A DNA stretch of 64,000 nucleotides, from positions 1 to 64,000 of the forward strand of contig JAUCBJ010003150.1 of assembly GCA_032718475.1 (NCBI GenBank), in the 5' to 3' direction. Origin of the DNA: Nemertoderma westbladi. Lineage: Eukaryota > Animalia > Xenacoelomorpha. A model generated the notes under the pieces. The model was given only the letters and a program-made list of their open reading frames with translations, was not told the origin of the DNA and did not search any database. A program made the position numbers and the translations under genes. Shown piece by piece: positions 1 to 11,600 of the stretch. Within the stretch, counting starts at the first letter, position 1. Each line of letters opens with the position of its first letter.

Positions 1-259
1 GATTTGGTAAAGAAACACAACAATTCTCAGATGTTGGACTATGGAGGTAGAAACTTTAGTAATACGGATTTAAAACGTCTAATGGAAATAAATCAAAGGC
101 GACACATAAACATGGAGAGCTTAGCAGAAGTTGTATTGTTTTTAGCTATTTTTGTTCCAAATTGCATGCTATATAAACAAAAATAATATTTAGAAAATAC
201 CCTACATTATATTGCAATGTTACTCGTTCTTTTACGAATACGGTAGAAAAACTTCAAAT

Positions 260-679
260 CTAATGCACTTCCGAGAAACGAGTATGATCGGTAGATGATG
301 AGTGTTGGGCTATTTGCGGGCCCTTCACTAAACAGCCACATTCGTCGCACTGCAGGGTGAAGCTTGCCACATCGGTGTACTGTCGGGCGCTTCTTGCGTC
401 GCCGGCAAGTTCTCTAGCTAGTTCTAGAACTCTGTTATTGGTAGTGGGGAGTAGGGTGTGTACCTCACCGGTGATAGACTCGTGTTGTAACGAGTCGTAG
501 TGTATACCATCGTATAGGAGTAGGATACGGTGGGGGTAGTCTCTATCCTGGCCATAGCGGTCTACACGACCGCTGCGGATGTCGACCACAGCAACCTCCA
601 CTAGTAGCGCGTCCGATAGGATGGCCAACTCAATTGCACCGCCCCACGAATTTGCTTTACGGATCCACCGACTGTATTC
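260..679 (-). CDS. YOD1: Ubiquitin thioesterase OTU1/YOD1, last coding exon (OTU C-terminal half plus C2H2 zinc finger)
   Basis: Acceptor ttttAG at 681-680, then EYSRWIRKANSWGGAIELAILS...LLYDGIHYDSL...FTLQCDECGCLVKGPQIAQHSSSTDHTRFSEVH* (TAG at 262-260). The WGGAIE and YDGIHYD (catalytic His) motifs and the terminal CxxC..H..H finger are colinear with YOD1/OTU1. Confidence 0.93.
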   Translation of the reverse strand, partial: EYSRWIRKANSWGGAIELAILSDALLVEVAVVDIRSGRVDRYGQDRDYPHRILLLYDGIHYDSLQHESITGEVHTLLPTTNNRVLELARELAGDARSARQYTDVASFTLQCDECGCLVKGPQIAQHSSSTDHTRFSEVH

Positions 680-2052
680 CTAAAACATTAATAATGTGTT
701 CAACTAAAATGTAATTCACTCCGGATGATACGATTTTAACAGAAGTTACTGATCTACAACTTGAGCCTGAATGTATGGGCCTCTGGTCTGGAGCAGTAGA
801 ACTGTAGGCCAGTCCCCATAATCAGCGAACAGTTATGTAACAGCTAGGTACTTAATAATTAAGGGCATCTGAAAGTTTAACACATTAAAGAATTATATCA
901 ATTTGATCAGTATATACCGGAAGAGGGATGTTGTAGGCTATACCTATTTTGGAGATCAGATGTATAGGACGAGCGCAACGATGCGTGTAATGGGGGTGAG
1001 GCGAGTAACATGTTAACTTCTTAATGACCAGGTTTAGCACATTGACCGATATCATATTTTAATCAATCATGAGAGAGAGGAAGTTCCGGCGATGCTGTGT
1101 ATTTTAAGAACCAGATGAGAAGGCCGAGCACAACGAGTACTCTGTCAGTTACGGGTAGGGGTGTACCGGTAACTATTTTGTTATGCGATAATTTGTAAAT
1201 TTACGTGGCTGATATAGCCATACATTGCTTTGCATCTTCTTTGCATCCAATTATTCTTCGTGTTGGTCGATACATGTACCGGTATGCATCTTTGTTTGTG
1301 AATTAAATTTTAATGGCTGCCCACTGTCTAGGCGGAAATTGCGAAGCTGCCTGCACGCAATTCTAATTTGATAAGGAATGGATTATATACAAAGCGATAA
1401 ACCACCTGTCCAAAAACACCTTTCTGCAGTTTATTAATGGCTGGTTTCGGTTTGGGGACCCTAACTAGTGATAACACTTACATGAATAACAATGTATGGG
1501 AAAAGCTTTATTTAGTCGCATGACAGGTTGATAAATTTATTGTACCTCAATAATATGTAACAATGATAAATTCTATGAATTGAATGCTACCAAATTCAAT
1601 AATAGAGTGTCTCAAACTCATTTAAAATGCCAGTGATGTGGTGGGATGTTGCACTTGTGCATTTTCTACGTTATCTGTTTGCCGTATAATATGTATACGC
1701 TTGGCTTACACCATGTCTTAGAGTATCGTAAGTGACATGTACGACAACCCCACTCCCCCCCCCCCCCCCCCAACAAAAAATACATTTTTTTTCTATAAAT
1801 GTTAATAGATTACATGAAATTTGAGACAGAGATAGTTTCACCTCCCTCATTCTTAGTGAGTGAGCCAGAGTTTTGATTTTCGCTTTCAATCTCTAGCTGT
1901 AAGCGTTTGAAAAAGGTGTCTCCATCGATAGAGAGCTGGCCGCGCAAGGATTAAAAAATATGTAAAACAGAATTGAATTTGGTTGGGAAATAGCGGGGAA
2001 TGGGAATATGGGGATTTGATAGTTGATGATTATTTTGCTTCTGATGTAGTCT

Positions 2053-2513
2053 AGGCTATTTATTCTATTTAATGAATACACAATGTTCTACAATATTTTG
2101 CTTACGTATACATAAACATATCCATTAGTGTTATCATATAGGCATTGGATTGTTTACCAGCTCTTATTAGAAAACGGCTCATGTGAAGAATACCAGACTT
2201 TCTGCCGTTATATTTCACTTTGCAGTTACCCGCATGTGAAGAATACCAGGTTTTCACCAATAACATAGGTTACAGAAGGGCTGAATTTAACCAAAACAAT
2301 AAACGAATTAGTATATGTACAGGTTATAAGACAGAAACAAGCGCTATAAAACACTTAATTAAGATAAATTTAAAAAAATAAAAAAATCTTCATATATAAA
2401 ATTCCAATAAAAAGTCGACCGAAAAGTGAAATCCTGGTATTCTTCACATGGGCGAGATAAACAAAATTTTATAGATCATGGATGGTGTATTTATTAAATA
2501 GAATAAATAGCCT
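2053..2513. mobile_element. Intronic MITE-like element with nested inverted repeats
   Basis: Outer IR aggctatttattctatttaatgaatacac (2053-2081) / gtgtatttattaaatagaataaatagcct (2485-2513). Inner IR catgtgaagaataccagg (~2233-2250) / cctggtattcttcacatg (~2433-2450), with an extra direct copy near 2180. No coding capacity. Confidence 0.55.
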
Positions 2514-3990
2514 GCATTGGAAGCAAATACATGCAACATTCGATAAATATTCTGGCTCACCCAAAAAGCAGGTTACCCTATTGTTCATTGTTCAAGGGCC
2601 ATTGTGCAACTTTCCTATAAAAGTGTTAGTAATTCCTAGGCAGCTGGTTTCAACTGCTGCTGCAGGAATGCCTACAACCAAAACCAAGATGAACTTCAAT
2701 GAACTTTACATAGACAATTCAATATATATTATTTGCAAATTTCGATATTTGGTCACAACCACCACCACCAGAAAAAAGGTAGAAATTTATACATATAATA
2801 AGTGAGGTACAGTTATCGGGAAGAACAGACTACAAGTTTAAAATTTAAATATTTAAGAATTAAACAGAAAAATGTATATTTGTATTGCGCGACTATACAA
2901 TGCAATGCTGCCCCTGCCAGTACCGGTAGGATTCTCGAACAATCCTTCAGATTGTATTCCACCTAGAACCCCACACACCCTAGAGACAGCAGTTACTGTC
3001 AGTAATTGCGTCACCCAGGACCAAGTCATAGTGAGCTGAGCACATATGTAGTTCGACGCCCCCATTATAACGTGACTCAAGGCCACTGCCCGCGAGGCTA
3101 CCTTTTTCCGGTAATACCAATTAAAGTTTAGCCATTGGCAAGGTTAATGATAAGATAGGGAGTAGTAACACTAACGCTTAATTAAATAAATTAATTAAAC
3201 CTGCAATCGTGCCTTTAAGTAATCCTAAAGTTATCGCCGTCGTCTAAAAAAATGAGCGAATAATATTTCACTGTTTCTGTTTCAATACATTGGAAGCCGG
3301 AGATGTTTGATTAGAACAAGGGCAGGGTAGGTTGGTGTGCGCTACTGATTATCAGACATTCGGCACAAGTTACAATTAATCCTATTTCTCTTTCTTTTAC
3401 AGGCCAGCTGTTACCCGAATGAGATTACCAACTCTGAATTTTTCTACAGTTCTCGTTGGTTTAAGGTAAAGAAAGGAAGAGCATGTGGAAAAAAAACAGA
3501 GAGGTGTGTGAGAGAGCACAATAATTTTACTTAACAAAAAATTATATTGGCGGTATAATGGTCGAGTTATACATTATAGGTACAAGGGTACTTAAGAGGT
3601 CAGTTATTATCAGTTAAAGAGGCTTGCCTCTAAACTGCCTTATATACAATATTGTATTTAAGTATGGCAATAAATAAAAAAAAAAGGGGGGAAACTGGAC
3701 GCACATTCCATCTTGGCGAATTAATATCCCGCCTCAATGATAAATTCTCAATTTAGGGAAAGGAGCAGGTTACAGTGGCACGTTATTTTAACCAAAACAA
3801 TAAACTAAACACAATAGAACAGGTTACAGTTTTATTTTTGAGATTAATCAGCCTTTATTTGGGTCGAATTTTTATTGCTTTATTTGCTTTATTATTAGTT
3901 TAGTTAGTTAGTGTGGGGAGGGGTGCATGTTGTAGTACAGGTACTGCCAGACTGTAGTAATTAGTAATTACTGAATTACGTGTTACAAAC

Positions 3991-4218
3991 CTTAGGAGTT
4001 CTGCCCAGCACGACTTCGTTGTAAACTTCTGCATTATCTTCGACAGCAGCAGCAACATTATTACGAAGTTGGGATGTAATTTGCCCATCATATGTTCCAA
4101 AATATGACAGAGCAACGCTGGAGAATAGACAAGAATTATCGGAAGGAACACATTTTCGTATTAAGCAACCTAAATTAAGATTTGAGTTTTCCGCTGATCT
4201 TGAGCTTGAGTTGGTCAT
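3991..4218 (-). CDS. YOD1: Ubiquitin thioesterase OTU1/YOD1, first visible coding exon (catalytic Cys)
   Basis: MTNSS...LIRKCVPSDNSCLFSSV...YNEVVLGRTPK with donor AAG|GTTTGT at 3991/3990. A phase-0 join to the exon at 679 gives a colinear protein of about 215 aa. VPxDNSCLF is the OTU1 catalytic loop. A possible acceptor AG at 4226-4225 means upstream exons cannot be excluded. Confidence 0.9.
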
Positions 4219-5236
4219 TTTTATCTGATTAACAGATTATTGCTGTAGGCCTATTGCATCTGCATGTTACAATTAAAATCGGATGTGGGTACCGCAGTAC
4301 CGCATCCGCACCGGTAGCCTTTGGCTAGTCAGTTAGGTTAGGCTAGTTGTCTTGTCACCTGGCGCTCGGGCAGCCTGGACTATGCACTCGGCTGCTCGGG
4401 GACCATTCTGCCATTTACTGGTTTAGCTATTTCACATTTAGGCTATTTGTTATGGGTTTATCATCAAATTATTAAGCTTTAGGCCTACCTACTGACCTAC
4501 CGGTATACTGCTGTACTGGTACCGGTATACAGTATAGTCAGATAGTAGCCTACAGTACTGCAGTACGAGTACAGCAGTACCTGCTGGGCTGCGGTACCGG
4601 TACAGCAGTAGTGCCTAGCTACCTAGGCCTACCGGTAATTAGATTACTGTTACTGCTGTACTGTAGGCTTTACTGCAGTAGCATTTCAAAAAATGGGCAC
4701 TTCTTTCAAAAACCAGCTACCGGTATGCTGGTATGCCAGTACGGTACCTGTTCAGTACATACTACAGTAGGCCCCTACTGCAGTACTGTCTGACTGTGAT
4801 TCAAACTGCTGAAATAACTTCAGAAATTACAGGTTTCCATAGGACTACGAGTTCAAATATCCCGCCACCACATAACAAATTATTGATTTATTCATTCATT
4901 GCTCTCCGTTACAGAATTATCAAAGTCACACACACTATCAAAGTACCACCACTTGACTGCTTGACAGTATTCATTTAATTACTTATAATTACCGGTATTT
5001 AAAAAAAAGTGTTAACTACCGCACCAATGTCTCTATACAGCTATATACTGTATCTATATCCTGTATGTATATTTTACTCCGATTCACAGTAATATAAAAA
5101 TTAATTTTATAATTAAATGTAAAATACTGTAATATAATATAGGCCTAATGAGAATGTCGAATTTAATTAAAAAATTATTGAATCCTGCGAATGTATATTG
5201 TTGTTTGTAATCATTTTGTAAAGGATTCCTCACGCC

Positions 5237-5412
5237 CTCAGAGTGGCAAGCTCCCAGTCTCAGAGTGGCAAGCTCCCAGACTCAGAGTGGCAAGCTCCCA
5301 GTCTCAGAGTGGCAAGCTCCCAGACTCAGAGTGGCAAGCTCCCAGTCTCAGAGTGGCAAGCTCCCAGACTCAGAGTGGCAAGCTCCCAGACTCAGAGTGG
5401 CAAGCTCCCAGA
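5237..5412. repeat. 22-bp minisatellite, 8 copies
   Basis: Unit ctcagagtggcaagctcccag(a/t), near-perfect. Confidence 0.95.
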
Positions 5413-5680
5413 CAGCTTAATCTGTAGTTTCGCGGCGTGTTTAATGAACCCAGGCTTTTCCCGCTACAAAATAACCTTGAAAATTATAATCACTATCAGC
5501 TTTATTTCCCGCTAGCCGACTTGTACATCTACGGACTTTCTGACTATATTTACGGACTCTACCGTATCAAGACGATTGTCAAAAATAACAGTGATTTATA
5601 TTTTCCGGATCGGATGTTAATATCTTTACTCATCATCAGTTTACTTTACTTTATCTTCAAGAGGAAAAAGAGAAATCGCA

Positions 5681-5744
5681 TTAGGGGGCTTTGGATCCGT
5701 TAGGAGGCTTTGGATCCGTTAGGAGGCTTTGGATCCGTTAGGAG
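5681..5744. repeat. 19-bp tandem repeat, ~3.3 copies
   Basis: Unit ttaggaggctttggatccg. Confidence 0.9.
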
Positions 5745-7229
5745 ATCAAATGGCTCTTGGACTTTTGTTATTACGGCCAAAATGGTCGTAATAATACTAA
5801 AAAAAATACTGTATAGTCCAAAATAACATCATAATATAGTCACAATAATAATAATTATTTTCTAGACTAATTTTTAGTTTGAGAAAATCGTAAACAGACG
5901 CAGTCGTAAAATACCAGGGACGGACTGAGGGTCAGGCCCAAATGGTCATCATAATATCTGGGGGGGGGGGGGCAGTGCCCCCAAAGCCCCCCGCACGATA
6001 CGGGCCTGCTGAGGGTGTGCAGCGCCCAGGGGCAAATCGACCTAAAGTCGCCCCCCCCCCCAAACCCCCCCCCCCCCCCCCCCCATTATAAAAGTGGAGT
6101 ATTTAATTGCAATTATTTTGGTTCACATAATTCAATCTTTAAAATTATTTTTATTCAAATTAACCGCTTATATATAAAGAGTACTTTTAAATTGTATCGG
6201 CCTATAATTAAAGTTGTTAAATAATCATAAAGATGTTAATTAAATAATAATTCCATGTTAAATAAATATATATGTACAAAAAAAACTGTTGTACTGAAAA
6301 GTTCCATTCAGGATAATGGATCATTGTTTAACCAGTACCTATAGAGTCCCAGACTATGTCCTCCAATACGTTGCTTTAGTTCATCCCATAAAAATTAGCA
6401 TGTCAAAATATATTGTAATTGTCCAACAAAAAACCACTACATATATATCCCAACGATACAGATTCACAGTATTCATTCGACAACTGAGTTATACAGTTTA
6501 TGCTAATGATTTACGAAAAAGCCGGACTCTTACACTAGTAAAGATCCCTTAAAATTGAATTTTAAATAAGTTTAAACAGCAATTAATTCTAATTGCGGAA
6601 ATATCGTAATGCAAATCAGTTGATGTGGGGCTGAGTAAAACATCTGCATGCAGTGCAGCTGCAGGCAGAGGCCTATGAATCTCTAGGTTGCGTTGCCAAC
6701 ATAACAATTGAATTGAATTGAATTGAATAACAATTGAATGATTAGACATAAATTTCCAATTTGTCAAAATCGACAAAGTCAAATTCACCTTTTAGCGTGA
6801 GCTAAATTTAAACTTTGCAGCTAACGTTATAGTTCCAGGGTCGCCACAACCTTTCAAAATCATGTGCCTTCCTACCATATAGTAAACAGGGGGGCTGCCC
6901 CCCCCCCCCCCCCCCCCCCCCCCAACCACTTCCCACCGTGGTTAATTACCCGCCCTCGTGTTATACATAATTTATGTAAATACTTTTAATAATTTTCGAC
7001 GCAAAAATTTCAACAAAATCATCAGATTCAATTCATATAGCGATGTTAATATATTAAATTCACCAAGTTCACTATTGTTATACACTGTAAATCTAGGAAG
7101 GTACGTCTTCGATGGTGTATATGAACACCTAATAGGCGTATTGTATAGCATGTGGTAGAACACTCTCAGAAAACATACTGTAGTTCTCAGATATTTTAAA
7201 TCGTTCATCTTTTTTTAATGAGGTTTTTT

Positions 7230-7937
7230 AACACCCGCTTTTTGAGAAGTCACACCGGCTCACCACCAACAGCCGTATTTTGAGAACTCACACCGGCTCA
7301 CCACCACCAACAGCCGTATTTTGAGAACTCACACCGGCTCACCACCAACACCCGCTTTTTGAGAACTCACACCGGCTCACCACCAACAGCCGTATTTTGA
7401 GAACTCACACCGGCTCACCACCAACAGCCGTATTTTGAGAACTCACACCGGCTCACCACCAACAGCCGTATTTTGAGAACTCACACCGGCTCACCACCAC
7501 CAACAGCCGTATTTTGAGAACTCACACCGGCTCACCACCACCAACAGCCGTATTTTGAGAACTCACACCGGCTCACCACCAACACCCGCTTTTTGAGAAC
7601 TCACACCGGCTCACCACCAACAGCCGTATTTTGAGAACTCACACCGGCTCACCACCAACACCCGCTTTTTGAGAACTCACACCGGCTCACCACCAACAGC
7701 CGTATTTTGAGAACTCACACCGGCTCACCACCAACAGCCGTATTTTGAGAACTCACACCGGCTCACCACCAACAGCCGTATTTTGAGAACTCACACCGGC
7801 TCACCACCAACAGCCGTATTTTGAGAACTCACACCGGCTCACCACCAACAGCCGTATTTTGAGAACTCACACCGGCTCACCACCAACAGCCGTTTTTGAG
7901 AAGTCACACCGGCTCACCACCAACAGCCGTATTTTGA
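7230..7937. repeat. 38-bp minisatellite, ~18 copies
   Basis: Unit gagaactcacaccggctcaccaccaacagccgtatttt, with 41-bp variants (extra cac) and acccgct variants. Confidence 0.95.
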
Positions 7938-8610
7938 CAAAAAAATTACCGATTTAGTAGATTTCGTCAGTAAGGGAAAGGGACAGGTTTCAGGGTCAAT
8001 GTTTTCTAACCAAAAAAATAACGAAACTTTTCCTAATTCGAGAAAGAAGCAGGATTCAGTGTCAGTGTTTCTTAATAATAAACGAAACAAAAGTTCGAGG
8101 TTAACGGAAAGGAACATGTTACAGTGACTACTATATAATATAATGTAATAAAAAATGGTAATATATGAAAAATTTTCGATTTAAACGACAGATGAAGTTA
8201 TTCGGTTACTTAATTTTGACATACAATACTGAAATAGGTGTGTAGGGGGGGAGGGGGGGGGGGGGGGGGGTGGGGGGCGTTCACCTGCTGTACAGCATAT
8301 ACTGTAGAAGAGCTTCAACACAACTGAGAGAGGTGCAATACTGGTTACCTATTGGCTAAATACGTAACATTAGGGGTTAATGAGCATAATGCTCTACGGG
8401 AGAGCATAATATATTGCAGTAATAATATGTAATAATAATTGGTAACAATCACCGATCGCCGAGGGAGGGAATTTAATAATAGAAGCGCATCTTCTAAGGA
8501 TCATAATCTGCTTACAGGTTTACCTTACGGTGCCATAGGACAGAGTGTATTACAGGCAGTGGCTTTCAGCGCAAGGCCATTTCATTCCAAACCACTTTCA
8601 GAACACTGCA

Positions 8611-11600
8611 CAAGGCATTTTCATCTCATTGCACTTTAATCTCATGGGCCATTCTTCCCCAAGGCCCTTTTCATCTCATTGCACTTTAATCTCATGGACC
8701 GTTCTTCCCCAAGGCCCTTTTCATCTCATTGTTATTTAATCTCGTGGACCGTTCTTCCCCAAGGCCCTTTTCATCTCATTGCACTTTAATCTCATGGACC
8801 GTTCTTCCCCAAGGCCCTTTTCATCTCATTGTTATTTAATCTCATGGACCGTTCTTCCCCAAGACCCTTTTCATCTCATTGTTATTTAATCTCATGGGCC
8901 GTTCTTCCCCAAGGCCTTTTCATCTCATTGTACTTTAATCTCATGGGACGTTCTTCCCCAAGGCCCTTTTCATCTCATTGCACTTTAATCTCATGGACCG
9001 TTCTTCCCCAAGACCTTTTCATCTCATTGCACATTAATCTCATGGACCGTTCTTCCCCAAGGCCCTTTTCATCTCATTGTTATTTAATCTCATGGACCGT
9101 TCTTCCCCAAGACCCTTTTCATCTCATTGTTATTTAATCTCATGGGCCGTTCTTCCCCAAGGCCTTTTCATCTCATTGCACTTTAATCTCATGGGCCGTT
9201 CTTCCCCAAGGCCCTTTTCATCTCATTGCACTTTAATCTCATGGACCGTTCTTCCCCAAGACCTTTTCATCTCATTGTTATTTAATCTCATGGGCCGTTC
9301 TTCCCCTAGGCCCTTTTCCTCTCATTGTTATTTAATTTCATGGACCGTTCTTCCCCAAGGCCCTTTTCATCTCATTGTTATTTAATCTCATGGGCCGTTC
9401 TTCCCCAAGGCCCTATTCATCTCATTGTTATTTAATCTCATGGGTCGTTCTTCCCCAAGGCCCTTTTCATCTCATAGCACTTTAATCTCATGGACCGTTC
9501 TTCCCCAAGGCCCTTTTCATCTCATTGTTATTTAATCTCATGGGCCGTTCTTCCCCAAGGCCCTTTTCATCTCATATCACTTTAATCTCATGGACCATTC
9601 TTCCCCAAGGCCCTTTTCATCTTATTGTTATTTAATCTCATGGGCGTTCTTCCCCAAGGCCCTTTTCATCTCATAGCACTTTAATCTCATGTACCGTTCT
9701 TCCCCAAGGCCCTTTTCATCTCATAGCACTTTAATCTCATGGAACGTTCTTCCCCAAGGCCCTTTTCATCTCATAGCACTTTAATCTCATGGACCGTTCT
9801 TCCCCAAGAGCCTTTTCATCTCATTGTTATTTAATCTCATGGGCCGTTCTTCCCCAAGGGCCTTTTCATCTCATTGTTATTTAATCTCATGGGCCGTTCT
9901 TCCCCAAGGCCCTTTTCATCTCATTGTTATTTAATCTCATGGACCGTTCTTCCCCAAGGCCCTTTTCATCTCATAGCACTTTAATCTCATGGACCGTTCT
10001 TCCCCAAGGCCCTTTTCATCTCATAGCACTTTAATCTTATGGACCGTTCTTCCCCAAGGCCCTTTTCATCTCATTGTTATTTAATCTCGTGGACCGTTCT
10101 TCCCCAAGGCCCTTTTCATCTCATAGCACTTTAATCTCATGGACCGTTCTTCCCCAAGAGCCTTTTCATCTCATTGTTATTTAATCTCATGGACCGTTCT
10201 TCCCCAAGACCCTTTTCATCTCATTGTTATTTAATCTCATGGGCCGTTCTTCCCCAAGGCCTTTTCATCTCATTGCACTTTAATCTCATGGGCCGTTCTT
10301 CCCCAAGGCCCTTTTCATCTCATTGCACTTTAATCTCATGGACCGTTCTTCCCCAAGACCTTTTCATCTCATTGCACATTAATCTCATGGACCGTTCTTC
10401 CCCAAGGCCCTTTTCATCTCATTGTTATTTAATCTCATGGGCCGTTCTTCCCCTAGGCCCTTTTCCTCTCATTGTTATTTAATTTCATGGACCGTTCTTC
10501 CCCAAGGCCCTTTTCATCTCATTGTTATTTAATCTCATGGGCCGTTCTTCCCCAAGGCCCTATTCATCTCATTGTTATTTAATCTCATGGGCCGTTCTTC
10601 CCCAAGGCCCTTTTCATCTCATAGCACTTTAATCTCATGGACCGTTCTTCCCCAAGGCCCTTTTCATCTCATTGTTATTTAATCTCATGGGCCGTTCTTC
10701 CCCAAGGCCCTTTTCATCTCATATCACTTTAATCTCATGGACCATTCTTCCCCAAGGCCCTTTTCATCTTATTGTTATTTAATCTCATGGGCGTTCTTCC
10801 CCAAGGCCCTTTTCATCTCATAGCACTTTAATCTCATGGACCGTTCTTCCCCAAGGCCCTTTTCATCTCATAGCACTTTAATCTCATGGAACGTTCTTCC
10901 CCAAGGCCCTTTTCATATCATAGCACTTTAATCTCATGGACCGTTCTTCCCCAAGAGCCTTTTCATCTCATTGTTATTTAATCTCATGGGCCGTTCTTCC
11001 CCAAGGGCCTTTTCATCTCATTGTTATTTAATCTCATGGGCCGTTCTTCCCCAAGGCCCTTTTCATCTCATTGTTATTTAATCTCATGGACCGTTCTTCC
11101 CCAAGGCCCTTTTCATCTCATAGCACTTTAATCTCATGGACCGTTCTTCCCCAAGGCCCTTTTCATCTCATAGCACTTTAATCTTATGGACCGTTCTTCC
11201 CAAAGGCCCTTTTCATCTCATTGTTATTTAATCTCGTGGACCGTTCTTCCCCAAGGCCCTTTTCATCTCATAGCACTTTAATCTCATGGACCGTTCTTCC
11301 CCAAGAGCCTTTTCATCTCATAGCACTTTAATCTCATGGACCGTTCTTCCCCAAGAGCCTTTTCATCTCATTGTTATTTAATCTCATGGGCCGTTCTTCC
11401 CCAAGGCCCTTTTCATCTCATAGCACTTTAATCTCATGGACCGTTCTTCCCCAAGAGCCTTTTCATCTCATAGCACTTTAATCTCATGGACCGTTCTTCC
11501 CCAAGACCCTTTTCATCTCATTGTTATTTAATCTCATGGGCCGTTCTTCCCCAAGGCCCTTTTCATCTCATAGCACTTTAATCTCATGGACCGCTCTTCC

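Noticed and set aside
5191-5515. ORFs with SQSQSGKLPDSEWQAP repeats
   Set aside because: Translations of the 22-bp minisatellite.
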